A program made the translations under genes and the position numbers. Below the pieces are notes generated by a model. The model ran no database searches. It was given only the letters and a program-made list of their open reading frames with translations, and was not told the origin of the DNA. A stretch of DNA of 64,000 nucleotides from Octopus vulgaris. Lineage: Eukaryota. This document shows positions 39,401-51,868 of this stretch, in pieces; position 1 is the first letter of the stretch, and each line of letters begins with the position of its first letter. Where the stretch lies: assembly GCA_951406725.2 (NCBI GenBank), contig OX597831.1:2480001-2544000 (forward strand). The letters are read 5' to 3'.

Positions 39401-40338
39401 CAGAAGATGATTCTGCTACTGTTTTTACTGGAGTTTTAATAGCGCCAGGTGTTTTAATTGGCGTTTTTGAAGTAGCTGCTGTTTTGGCAGCTGGTTTCTG
39501 CGTGGTCTTCTTTGGTTCATCTTCCGAAGAATCACTGTCCGAATCAGATGAGCTTGACGCTGCTGCTGCTTTACCTGGAGTTTTTGAAGTAACAGTTGGC
39601 TTTGCCGGTGCTTTTGCAGTGGCAACTGGCTTGACAGCAGGCTTCTGTGTTGCCTTCTTTGGTTCATCCTCTGAGGAATCACTATCAGAATCAGAAGATG
39701 ATGATTCTGGTGCCACTGCTTTCCCTGGCGCTTTTGAAGTAGCTGCTGGCTTTACCGATATTTTTGAAGTAACTGGTGGCTTTCCTGGTGGTTTCAAAGC
39801 AGTTGCTGACTTCGGTGCAGTTTTCTTTGTATCTTCTGAAGAATCACTCTCTGAATCTGAAGAGGATGAAGATTTTGCCTTAGCTTTTGGTGCGCTTGGC
39901 TTCTTTGCACCGGCAACAATTGCAGGCGTTTGTTTGGATGTAGATTTAGTTTGAACTGTTTCATCTTCAGAATCACTGTCGGAATCTTCTGAAGAGGATT
40001 CTGTGTCTTGAGATGCTTTTTGCTTGGTAGCTGTTGGTTTCACTGGGGGTTTTTTAGCTGTCACTTTTACTGCCTGAGTCTTGCTTTTGTCTTTTGTATC
40101 ACTGTCTGAAGAGGATGATGATGAGGAGGAACTAGCTTGTTTTTTAGTAATAGACTTGGAGTTAGTTTTAGGGATCTTTTTATTCTGAACTGATTTCTTC
40201 TTTGATTCATCAGAGCTGCTGCTGCTACTACTACTGCTGCTTGATTTTCGGGGTCGTTTTGCAGCTGTTTTAGGTGGCACAGGTTTTGGCTTCTCTGTCA
40301 AGGATTTCTTAGTTTGTGGTTTTGTGTCCTCACTAGAA
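36426..40338 (-). CDS. NOLC1: Nopp140/NOLC1 giant central exon: alternating Ser/acidic and Lys/Ala/Pro/Thr repeats
   Basis: Lies within the 1332-aa ORF 36414-40412, whose first ~25 codons are the polypyrimidine tract. Acceptor ttcttcttccAG at 40340-40339; donor ATG|GTAGGT at 36425; 3913 nt, phase 2 to 0. About 25 SSSDSDSDSSEDE-type tracts. Confidence 0.9.
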
Positions 40339-41865
40339 CTGGAAGAAGAAAAAGAAAGAAAAAAAAAAAATGAAGTAAGACTTTTGAAGATAAGATTAAA
40401 GAGAAGAAACATGTATAAGAGGCGAAAAAGGAAGTTGTGAGATCAGAAGCAGAATGCTGGGCTCGCAAATATAAGGAAACATAGGAGGAGGTGAACTGTG
40501 TCGCTGATGTCAAATCAATAATATCGGAAAGAAAACTAAAAAAAAAAAAAAAAAAGAAAAAGAAAAAAAGAAAGATATGTATGTGTGTTTGTGTGTCTGT
40601 GTTTGTCCCCCTAGCATTGCTTGACAACCGATGCTGGTGTGTTTACGTCCCCGTTACTTAGCAGTTCGGCAAGAAGAGACTGATAGAATAAGTACTGGGC
40701 TTACAAAGAATAAGTCCCGGGGTCGATTTGCTCGACTAAAGGTGGTGCTCCAGCATGGCCGCAGTCAAATGACTGAAACAAGTAAAAGAGTAAAGAGTAA
40801 AATATGGGATTTCTATGATTAACCTATTAGCATTTAAATCAGCCATATCTGGCCCAAATATTCTATTTGTATTTATGTTCAAACTTGCTACACCTGGACG
40901 GTACTGATCTAACAACACCTATCTAACAATGCCATTCTAAAAATAAACAATCAATCATCAAAATCTTGAAGCAACAAGGGAATGCATGATTAATTCAAAA
41001 CAATATGAATAAATAACCATTATATTTGACAAAATGATCTGAATGCTAAAGGGCCAAGGAACATCATCTTTATCTACTTTTAATGATACAACCATTGAAT
41101 GAGAGAGAGACCCCCTTCGGTCATGACACTGACCATGGGATTGCACCTAGAAAGCTACCCTCCCAGGCACAAGTCCGAGCAAGGTTGTTTATGGAAGACC
41201 AGCAGTCGTCCATGCATACTGGCCTCCTCTCTCCACGCCACCAGTGTTATCCAAGGGAAAGGCAAGGGCCGATACAGCTTGGCACCTGTGACGTCACAAC
41301 TCATTTCTACAGCTGAGTCAACTGGAGCAATGTGAAATAAAGTGTCTTGCTCAAGAACTCAACACGCAGCCTGGTCCGGGATTCAAACTCACAACCTCAC
41401 GATTGTAAGCTCGACGCTCTAACCACTGAGCCATGCACCTTCACGATAGAACCATTAACCCTTTCGTTACCAACCTGCTCAAAACTGCCCAAGTACTGCT
41501 TTGGCTTATGCTACCAAGCTGACCAGAACCGTCCAAGTTAACCAGTTTATATTTAACCCTTTAGCATTCAGATTAGTCTGTGAAATGTAATGTCTGTTTA
41601 TTCACCTTGTTCAGAATTGATCATGGATTATCTGGTAGCTTTGACGTTTCAATGATGTAATTGTGTACTTTTAGAATAGTAGGACTGTAGGATGGCTGCA
41701 AGAAGCTGGATCTGGCCAGTTTGAATATACAACAGGTAAATATATGGGCCGAATATGGCCAATCTGAATGCTAACGATTTAAATTTCAGCAGAAATCTCA
41801 CGAGGACATTCTTGAAACATGTAATTCTACTATGTAAAAACCTGAGTTACAGTGTCCAACATTAT

Positions 41866-42094
41866 TTAACCCTTTTGTTACCCTATTTTTGTTGAGATGC
41901 TCTGTGTTTCTTCCAATTAATTTTAAATATAACAAAGAATTTAGTAATATAACTTAGTTATCATTCACCTAGTGTTAGGAACATTAATTGTGACTAAGGT
42001 TTGGTGGGAGATTTTAATTCAAAACTTATGGAAACAAGACATTTGTACTCAGAGCCAGAGCCGGTTTCAGCCAGGTTGGTAACGGAAGGGTTAA
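41866..42094. mobile_element. piggyBac-type MITE (TTAA/CCCTTT termini). Copies at 31121-31335, 53030-53250, 63782-64000; a second TTAA-MITE family near 33402-33615, 41555-41780, 44905-45410, 49078-49250, 61780-61996
   Basis: TTAACCCTTT...AAGGGTTAA termini; near-identical ~220-bp copies dispersed through the window. Confidence 0.75.
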
Positions 42095-42169
42095 TGTGAT
42101 ATCAGAGCTTTGTGAATCTTTGGATATTTTTTCCCTCCACATTGATTTTAAAAAAAAATTTTTATAATG

Positions 42170-43180
42170 GATGTAAAATGGATATCAGTTTCATGTTGTC
42201 AAGCAGCAAATCTAAATTTGGAGGATATTTTGAAAGAAGACTCAGTGAAATCTAGCAAATTATATGATGAACATAAAAACCATGTGTGAGATTATGAACT
42301 AGATATTTCCATTTCCAAAAAGGAATTTGTACGTGAATGGAGTAAAAAAAATTTTCTTAGTGATTTTTTTTCATAAGAAACTGTACCTAGTCACAGTTTT
42401 ACCAAGGAGAGGAGACCGAAATTATTATTATTTTTTTCCCTTGTACTTTGTTTCTCTCAGGGTTTTTCAGTTTAGTCAAGCTTACAGGGAATTTAGAGGT
42501 TGTGACAACATATACAGATGCTACAGTGATTGTAAGTAGGAAAGGGATGCGTTTGAAGATGAAAGAAGAACCCCCCACCCAAAAAAAAATTTTTTTTTAA
42601 ATCCAATAGTAGAGGGGAAATTTGCTAACGACTGCATATACAGATAAGTAAATCAATTTTCTACCTACCTATGCACAACCGCATGTGGATGAAGATGGCA
42701 GCCTATTTGTGAACCTCAATTATAACAAGTACATTGGTGGTGTAGATAGGCTGAGTCATATGATGAGCTTTTACTCAGTTGGTAATACTGATTTCATATA
42801 TGAGTATTGTTAATGTATTTGTACTAGGCACTAAATCAGGAGGGGCCCAAAAACAATGTGATCATCTTCAGGTTCCAAGCAGATGCAGGAAGGCATCTGA
42901 GAGTAGGTTATTTGTCAAAGAAAGAAAGAAAGGAGGAAAAAAAAACCCTCTTTGGGAGAAAAGCCAAACCTTACTCCAGGGATGTCCCCCTGAATTCAGA
43001 TGATCTCCAAAACTTAGATGGCAAAAAAAAAATAAAAAAATCAAGGGTTGTAAATAGCGATGCCAGGAATGTCTTCATTCAAAAAGTAAAGCTTACAGTG
43101 GTCATCCAATTGAAACAACTGTCCAATGTGCATTCTGCAAAGTTGCATAATGTAGAGCAAGGTGATTTACAAGTTCCTAT
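42170..43180 (+). mobile_element. Degenerate piggyBac transposase remnant
   Basis: NYNKYIGGVDRLSHMMSFY near 42718-42775 matches the YN..MGGVD..D motif; Cys-rich remnant near 43120-43160. Boundaries uncertain. Confidence 0.6.
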
Positions 43181-43498
43181 GATAAGAATATTGTGTGATT
43201 TGTGTGTGTGTGTATTCACATGTCACTGGGAAAGGCAATAATATCACAACAGCACATTGTTGAGTTTGAAGCCACATTTTTATATCTTAATAATTCTAAA
43301 TCATAAATCTAATCCAGTGAAATGTCCCAAGGAAAGAATAGGGCCCCTAAAATCAATTACAGACTGGACAGTAAACCAGAAAAATACACAAGAAAATTTA
43401 CATTACTCTAGCAAAATCAGTTATTCTTTAGTTGGTTGAGGTCATTGTAGATCAGACCATAAAGTAGAAGCCAAGAACTGTACATAAAAGAGACAAAC

Positions 43499-43591
43499 CT
43501 GGAATCTGATGAGCTGGAGTCTTTCTTAGCCCTCTTTGAAGCCGAACCAATTGCATTGGCACTGAGTTTCCGTTTGTTACCTGGAGCAGAG
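43499..43591 (-). CDS. NOLC1: Nopp140/NOLC1 exon: (T)SAPGNKRKLSANAIGSASKRAKKDSSSSDS(S)
   Basis: Long polypyrimidine tract plus ccAG, donor GTTTGT, 93 nt, phase 2 to 2. Basic KRKL..KRAKK segment followed by the first serine tract, as in vertebrate NOLC1. Confidence 0.85.
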
Positions 43592-43841
43592 CTGGAAAAG
43601 AAAAGGAAAGAAAAAAAAATGTAATAACATACATCAGTGTGTTCCTTTACAGTCCTGAAGTGATTTCTCTATACAAATCTCTCAATCCTATTAACTTTGA
43701 TGAAATGCAGTCAGTCTGCATATAATTACTGCATGAATTTGGATGAAATTTGTTGATACAATATGATAGGATATGAATGTGGTTTTAACCTGTTGTCATG
43801 TTCTTTCATCTGCCAAGGTAGGTTGAATACAGTGACAATAT

Positions 43842-44330
43842 ACAGAAGGTGAATTCAAAAAGTATCCAACTTGTTTGCACCAATAGGCCATATCAGTCCC
43901 CAGCTGTTATGCCTGGAATACACTCATTCTGTATTTGTTCCCACTTCATGAGCAATTTCCTGGATTGTTATATGACAATCTTCAATGACTATTCACCAAA
44001 CCATCTCAATCAGCTCCTTGTTTCAACTTGTGAATGGCTTGCCTGAGCGAGCTTTGCTCTCCACCAAGGTGCGGCCATGTTTGAAGTGGTTGCACCATTC
44101 CTTGTTCTGAGTTTTACTGACGGTATCGTTGCCAAAGGCTTGCCGAGTCTTCTGGGTGCTTTGAACTGGAGTATCACCAAGCCTTTGGCAAAACTTGAAG
44201 CAACATCACTGCCCAATATATTTGTTGAGAATGAAAACCTGAGACATGTGCACTACACATCTGTACTCTAGGAGCAACAACGAGGAACTGACATGGCCCA
44301 CCAACATGAATTTTCATGCAAGAGCTGATT
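43842..44330 (-). mobile_element. Internally deleted mariner element
   Basis: Minus strand reads CFKFCQRLGDT..QAFGND.VSKTQ.KEW.NHFKHGRTLVES.ARSG.P, the mariner N-terminal HTH region. Confidence 0.7.
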
Positions 44331-46559
44331 ACAAGACAGAACAGTAAAGTTGAAGTACTGAACTACTGATCGCATAGACCTTAAATTCACATGTGAACTC
44401 CCACCATGACCATTGAATTAAAATTAAGTTCCACCCCCACTTGATTGCAGAGTTGTGTTCTACTTGATGAACAATACAAGGTATTTCTATTTGAAAGTGC
44501 TGATTCTCATCCCATACTGATATAAAACACACACTTGTGTGTGTGTGTGTGTGTGAATGTGAGTGAGAGAGAGACTAGCTTCCACACATTTTTCATCTCC
44601 TAAATTAAATTTCACTGATCAGTTTGAAACTGGAGTAGAGGCTACTTGACTCAAAGTACCATGTACTAAGGTCACCCTCACACACATGCAGTTGCAAACA
44701 AAGTTTATTATACATTTGCATATGATCATTGATATAGTCATAGTAATTATTACAATAATATTTTAATTTAAATATGAAAGTAAATCCAGATTGTTTGGAA
44801 TGCTTTGCTGTCATACGACTGAGCAGCGCAGTCAGTTTTCATAACGAAAGTATTGTTCATCACTTCTAAAAGTAATGAAGATCTCAGTAAAATAACTTTG
44901 TCATTAACCTTTTAGTATTCAGATTATTCTGTCAAATGTAATGTTTAATCATTTTGATTTAATCCTGCATTATCTCATAGCTTTGAGCGGTAGCACGGGA
45001 ACAAAACATTCAAGCAAGGTAGCTGCTGGACTGACTCCTGTGTAGGTAATACGTAAAAAACACCATTTTCGAGCGTGGCCATTGCCAGTACCGCCGGACT
45101 GGCCCTTGTGCTGGTGGCACGTAAAAGCACCCACTACACTCTCGGAGTGGTTGGCGTTAGGAAGGGCATCCAGCTGTAGAAACTCTGACAGATCAGATTG
45201 GAGCCTGGCGCAACCATCTGGTTCACCAGTCCTCAGTCAAATTGTCCAACCCATGCTAGCATGGAAAGCGGACGTTAAACGATGATGATGATGTTTATTT
45301 TTAGAAAAATATTGTCGGGTCAATGTGAAAGGCAGGATCTTGCTGGTTTGAACATAAAACAGGTGGAATATTTGGGCCAGAAATGGCCAGTTTAAATGCG
45401 AAAGGGTTAAGCTGATGCTTGAAGCAAATTATCTAGAAAATTTGATGGACAATTTTAGTTTAGATCATTTTTAAACTGGAAGTTTTGTATCCTAGGATCA
45501 GGAGTGATGGTCTCCAGTAGGTTTTGAAGGGATACTGGTATTTGTCAGTTTGGAGCTATTGATTTAACCCTTTGGCATTTAATTCAGCTCAAATTTTCTG
45601 CCTTTTTTTTAATGTTAAAACTGTCTAAATCCAACCTTTCCTATCTACTCAACAATGTCATTCTAAAAATATACAAACACACAATTGAAATTTCAGAGCC
45701 ACAATATAACAATGTGGATAAATAAGCAATACATTTGACAAAGAACTCTGAATGCTAAAGGGTTAAGTATAAGGGTAGATGGCTTAGTTTGACAGAATAA
45801 TCTGAATGCTAAAAGGTTTATGACAAAGTTATTTTACTGAGATCTTCATTACTTTTAGAAAGTAACCGAAGCAAAAAGTAGTGTATTTCAACAGAAATAT
45901 GGTTAACAAAAGGGTTAACCCTCATCATCGTTCAACATCCATTTTCCATGTTTGCATAGGTCAGATGGAATTTGTTTAGATAAATTTCCTACAGCTGGAT
46001 GCCCTTTCTGTTGCCAATCCTGACCTGTTTATAAGAAAGATAATATTTTCCCCATAGCTAGACATGCTTTTCACAGAAGACTGGAAGGAAATGAACAAGC
46101 TTGTTCATATGACAATGATACTAGAAATGAGAAAACAGAATTTGCAAAAATACAATTCTTTCTTCAAGGTGTTCTACAAATTACCATCATGTTGGTTGTA
46201 AATCATCACCAAGGTAACTTGTTCATTCCTTTCAATCCTCACAGCCCCCACACCAATGTCCACTTTGTATTTTATTTTCTACAGGAATTATGAAATAAGT
46301 ACTAGACAAAAGCACAAGAGTTAACATAATCATATAAAACCGTTCAGCACTATGCTCCAGTATGGCTGCAGTTCACTGACTGAAACCAGTAAACAAGGTG
46401 TTACAGCATGGAATTTTCTGCACTTTTATTTTTTTTTAATTTCTAAACATGGATTTTAAAATTATTTAACCATCAGATTCTATAAATAGTAACTCTGAAT
46501 TTGAATGATGACAATAATAATGATAATAAATAATAATAATTTATTCTGTTATTAGCCAC

Positions 46560-47425
46560 AAGGGCTCCCATAAAATAACATGCAACAACATAAAAGACAA
46601 AAACAGGACGATACAATGAGTTTTCCGTGTGTAAACAATATAAATAATGATAAAAAATTAAACAAATTAAAACTCCCAATAGGGGAGGCATTTTAAGGTC
46701 CTCGTGGAAAAACCCAGAAAAGCCACGGGTGCACGCTTAGAATTGGTCCTTTCACACTGGCCTGCCTGCCCCACCTGGCCAAAAGAGGGCAGCGGGGCAA
46801 TCTTCACAATGGATTCAGCTGATAGTTGGATCCGCTCCACGCATGACAGCAGATGTTTGACATAAACCCATAGATCAGCAATACTTGGGCACTGGACTAG
46901 GGCGTGCATGGTTGACAGCATTTCCATACCTGTAAAGCTTATCTCAAACAGGCAGCGCCCTTTGGTAGCACTGCCAGGCAAGGGATTTCTGGAAATTATC
47001 CATAGGCCCAGACCCGAAAGTTATCTGAAACAGACTACTTAGTTGATCTTCATCAATGCCCAGAGTTTCTCCAAAAATGTTGTCGCACATTCCATCCACT
47101 AGCCCTCAATAGAACACTAGAGTGGAACTACCACCGACCACATTGCCTGCCCAGGGGAAGGCTGTGAGTGCTTGACGGCACCCAAAGTGCCAAGCATTCC
47201 TCCTTGGTCTATGCCTAATCCAGGTTTGCAGCTCAGTCGAAGAGACGAGCTGTGGAAAAGTGTGCCTGACAGACGGTGACCACACCTGCTCACCATCAAG
47301 GAAACACTGGAGATGACACAACCTCAGTGCATCAGCAACCACAACATGCCCAGCCCTCCATTCAGCAGCTGTTGACAGCAGATGGAGCGCTTGACCAGTG
47401 GAACGCACCCCTTTCCTTTCTGCTA
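46560..47425 (-). mobile_element. L1/Tx1-like LINE 3' remnant
   Basis: GC-richer block; HALVQCPSIADLW resembles the zf-RVT knuckle at the end of L1/Tx1 ORF2; ends in an AT-rich tail. Confidence 0.55.
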
Positions 47426-48255
47426 AAGGCACAAAGCCTGAAATTTTGGAGGGGACTAGTCAATTATATCGACCCCCAAAAGGATGAAAGGCAAAGCCAA
47501 GCTCAATGGAATTTGAACCCAGAATGTAAAGGCATAAAATGCAGCTAAACATTTTGTTTGGTGTGCTAACAATTCTGCTGGCTCAGCACCTTATTAATAA
47601 TAATAATAATAATAATCCTTTCTATTATAAGCATAAGGCCTGAAATTTTGGCAGAGGGGAAATTGATTACATCTACCCCAGTGCTCAATTGGTATTTATT
47701 TCATCAACCCCAAAAGCAAAGATGACATCGGCGGAATTTGAACTCAGGACATGAAGATGGATAAAATGCTATTAAGCATTTTGTCCATGTGCTACAGATT
47801 CTGCCAAATTGCTGCTCCAACAACAACCCATATGGTGCACTGTGAACTGGATGCTTAGATTTTCAACAGAAATATCCGAGAGAGCATCAGTGAAAGTGAT
47901 GAAAACAAATCACAAGATAACTCTATTAAGTTCCTTAGAAACTAGACACACTGTCTTCCATACGACTCCAAACTCATCAAATATTTATGGTTATTCTAAT
48001 TCATGTGTTCCATGAATAGTGTTTTATTCTCTACAAAAGCTCATGCCTTTGTAGAGAATAAAACATTATGCAAAAAACAAAAAAAAACTAAAAGGAGGAC
48101 AAACTGAACAAAGTAAATAAAATTGGGGCATTTTAACCACAAATATAATAAATGGTGTTCAAAAGCTACGTAAATTTTATAAACTTTGCAAATTTCCCTC
48201 ATTTCCCATTTGTTTTAATTACTTGTAGTTTAAATTCAGAGTCAGAAAAATTCTG

Positions 48256-48458
48256 TTTATGTGTATGTGGAAAATAACATTACTGTAATTTGTCCAAATG
48301 CTTAAATAAAACTTCAAAATTAAATAAATTCATTTTTACCCACATCATTATAATGATTGTAATGATGTGGGTAAGAATGAATTTATTTAATTTTGAAATT
48401 TTATTTAAGCATTTGGATAAATTACAGTAATGTTATTTTCCACACATATACACATAAA
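48256..48458. repeat. Near-perfect ~200-bp palindrome
   Basis: Arms of about 100 bp centred on 48355, with few mismatches and almost no spacer. Confidence 0.9.
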
Positions 48459-50524
48459 TCTCTCTCTACACACACCTCTCTCTCTATCTATCTACACATG
48501 TATACACACACACACACACGTGCTCATGTTCAAGTGAAAATCCAATAATGCACACAATTCTTCTTTGAAGTCCCCGGTATATACAATTCTGTCATTTAAT
48601 CTCAGCTAATAGCTCATTTCATACGGTGATATTTAAACAAAATTTAAATATTAATTTACGTCTATTTCATTGATTTTACTGCTAATTAGTCTAGTTTCGA
48701 GACAAAAATTTCATAAAAGATTTATGTAAGAATCTTTCAAGTTAAGATTTTGAACATTACTTCAATAAAAATAAATAAAAAATGTTGAAAAAAAAAAATA
48801 AATAAGTTACAGTTGTTTTATGAAACCAATATAAATTCACAATTATTTTAATTGGAACATAGCATTTTAATTAGAAATTTTTTAGGAAAAGGCAGCTAGT
48901 GTTAACATTTGTACACAAGTTGGCACAAATAAACTACAGTCATTTATTTTTGAAAACAATTTTATTGTGAAGTTTCACATAGTTTTCTGTAGATGCAAAT
49001 TTGGAATCTACAGAACTTCGACCATGATTCCCTGCTACATGAAATGGCTATTGTATGTAACAATTAGTCAGGGAATTTTAACCCTTTAATATTCAGATTA
49101 CTCTCTCAAATGTGATTCACACTATTTTTTTAATGAATCATGCATCATCTCGTAGCTTTGAGATTTCAATGATATGATTGTTTACTTTTAGACTGACATT
49201 ATAGGGTAAGTGTGAGAGGCCAGATCTGGCTGGTCTGGACATGAAACAGGTACTTGGGTCAGGCATGGCTAGTCAAACTGTTTAAAGGTCAAAATATAAG
49301 TAAATTTTCAAATTATCTTTCTAAACCATATATCTCATTTACAGCAGCATACCTGTTTCTGTCCTCATTTTATCTCTCTCTCTCTTTCTTTCTCTGCCCC
49401 ACTCTCTCTGGCCAGGTAACCATGCACCTCCCGTACAAGATACCTGTTTCTGTCTCTTTGTCTCACTAACTTTTCATCATCTGACAAAGACCCCTCCTCC
49501 AATGCCCCATCCCCTATCAAAGGATCCTTGTCTTGCAAGTTACTTGATGACCTTGCCAGTGCTGGTGCCACTTAAAAAGCATCCAATCCATACTGTAAAG
49601 TGGTTGGCATTTGGGAAGGGCATCCAGCTGTAAAAACTATGCCAAACTGACCTCGCCTGTGCTGGTGCCACATAAAAAAACACTCGGCCCACTCTGCAGA
49701 ATGGTTGGTGTTAGGAAGAGCATCTGGCCGTAAAAACCATGCCAAAACACACTCAGAAGTCCAGTGCCTGGCCAGCTCCTGTCAAACCGTCCAACCCATG
49801 CCAGCATGGAAGGAGGACATTAGACGATGGTGATAACCCTTTAAATGAAAGTACACCTAAGATGTGTGTGTATTAATGAAAAAATGCTTAAAAATAGAAG
49901 CCATAGTGTAGCTAAAGTTTGAATCATTATTGGGCTATCAAAAGCAGTGAACTGGCAGAATTGTTGGCACACCGGGCAAAATGCTTAGCAGCATTTCATC
50001 CATCTCTACATTCTGAGTTCAAATTCCACAGAGGTCAATGAAATAAATACCAGTCAAGTACTGGGGTCAACATAATCGACTAGCCCCTGCCCCAAACTGT
50101 CAGGCCTTGTGCTAAAGGAATATCGAACTATCAAAAACTAGATCTTTAGAGTAATTTATTTCACTCATACTAAAGAACACCTCATTTATTCATCATCAGC
50201 ACGACTTCATTGAATTGTGTTAACCCTATTTAAACAAGTTTTTTTTTTTTTAATATTGGAATATAAGAAGCCTTAAATTCAAAGATCCTCTGGTTGGTTG
50301 AGGTATTGGACACCTTAACCAACCAGAGATAACAGTCCTAGTATTATATCTCTCCTGTTGTACATTTTAAAAATCTAGATATATATATTTAAAACTGCAA
50401 AAATTTAGATTCAGATGAATATGGAACTTAAGTTGAGGCACCAGAGATTAGTATGGTATTATCCATACAATTTCAAAGTAAGGTGATTAAAATCAAAATA
50501 AGCAACAAGGATATCCAGAGGTAA

Positions 50525-50610
50525 TGCAGTACGATTGTTTCACGCAACTCCATTTAATTGAACAATGCAACCATTACATCAATTTAAATGCAAAGCAATC
50601 CTCAGCTGCA
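50525..50610 (-). ncRNA. Type I hammerhead ribozyme motif, sense to NOLC1 pre-mRNA
   Basis: tgcag-CTGAGGA-[long stem II]-GAAA-c-aatc-GTA-ctgca. Stem I tgcag/ctgca, complete core, GUA triplet; the 10.1-11.1 pair is U-U. Folded by eye only. Confidence 0.6.
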
Positions 50611-51091
50611 CAAAGACAGGATTTAATTAAATTAAAACAGATGGACACAGTATAATTTTACTTAAAATATCCAAGAAGTTAAGGAAATACACAAAGAACA
50701 TGCTGTCTTCACTTCAGCTTAGAAGCTAAGGTATCAGGAAAAAAGACTTGTTACAGATTTTGCTTGTCACAGTTTTATGGAGTCAGTTTTAATTTATAGC
50801 CTAGTTTTATCAAATCCTTGTATATCTAAGGCCCGAGAGAACAGGGGCAGTGTCTGTTAGGAGTAAGGTTGAGGGAGTCAACAGAAATCATAGTGGGTAT
50901 AGTCATAAAAAACAATCAAGATTTATTAGAAGCAATATCATGAGATTTGGTAAAGGAAAACTTATATCAAGATGTTAGCTGACAATTAAGGGGGCTGGCC
51001 ACTAGCAGACCATTGATAATGAAACAGGGGAAATCTTATCATGTAGTACTATACTTAAATATTATAAATTTAATTAAATTCTATGTCTTTG

Positions 51092-51178
51092 TGCAGCTGA
51101 GGATTGCTCTGCATTTAAAATTGATGTAATGGTTGCATTGTTCAATTAAATGGAGTTGCATGAAACGATCGTACTGCA
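51092..51178 (+). ncRNA. Type I hammerhead ribozyme motif (inverted copy of 50525-50610)
   Basis: tgcag-CTGAGGA(51097-51103)-stem II-GAAA(51162-65)-cgatc-GTA-ctgca, with palindromic stem III ACGATCGT. Confidence 0.6.
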
Positions 51179-51371
51179 TTACTTCTGGATATCCTTGTTT
51201 ATTTTGATTATATTTAAAATTGTATAGAAATTTAAGTGTTCCAAGTATTTACAGTAGAATTCTGTGAAGTTTGTATTGTTGGGTTAGGATACTCTGAAAT
51301 GCAGGATACTTGGATGATGCAAGGTGCAGAGCAGGTAACTTGCATAGGAAAGCAGCATAAAAATAAATACA

Positions 51372-51747
51372 TTGCATTACAACAAAACTATATATATATA
51401 TCATCATCGTTTAACGTCCGCTTTCCATGCTAGCATGGGTTGGACAATTTGACTGAGGACTGGTGAACCAGATGGCTGCACGAGGCTATATAAAATAAAC
51501 ATATATCAGAAAAGAAGCACAGTCTAAAGAAATACATATATATATATTTAAATTTCTATGCTTCTTTTTGGCACCAATCAGGATAAAGTGTGTTGCTATG
51601 GCCTATTCTTATTCTAACTTTACATAGTGTGTAGTGATAGATATTAATAGTATTGTTCTCAGTACTGCATACATCTCTATGTAAAGTTTGAATAGGCCAT
51701 AACACAGTTTATCCCAATTGATGCCAAAAAGAAGCATAGAAATTTAA

Positions 51748-51790
<43 letters not shown>

Positions 51791-51868
51791 TTCTTTAGAG
51801 TGTGCTTTTTTCTGATATGTTTTATTATATATATACACACACACATATATAGTTTTGTTGTAATGCAA
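51372..51868. repeat. Foldback inverted repeat with a SINE fragment in the left arm
   Basis: About 51490-51627 is the reverse complement of about 51678-51825; outer ttgcattacaacaaaactata / tatagttttgttgtaatgcaa also pair. Confidence 0.8.

Noticed and set aside
37306-39954. Long plus-strand ORFs (378, 145, 252 aa) opposite the Nopp140 exon
   Set aside because: Shadow frames of a repetitive coding exon; they mirror its repeat and show no independent domain or splice evidence.
40339-40412. Start of the 1332-aa ORF as the true N-terminus (MFLLFNLIF...)
   Set aside because: This is the intronic polypyrimidine tract; upstream exons splice in frame at 40338.
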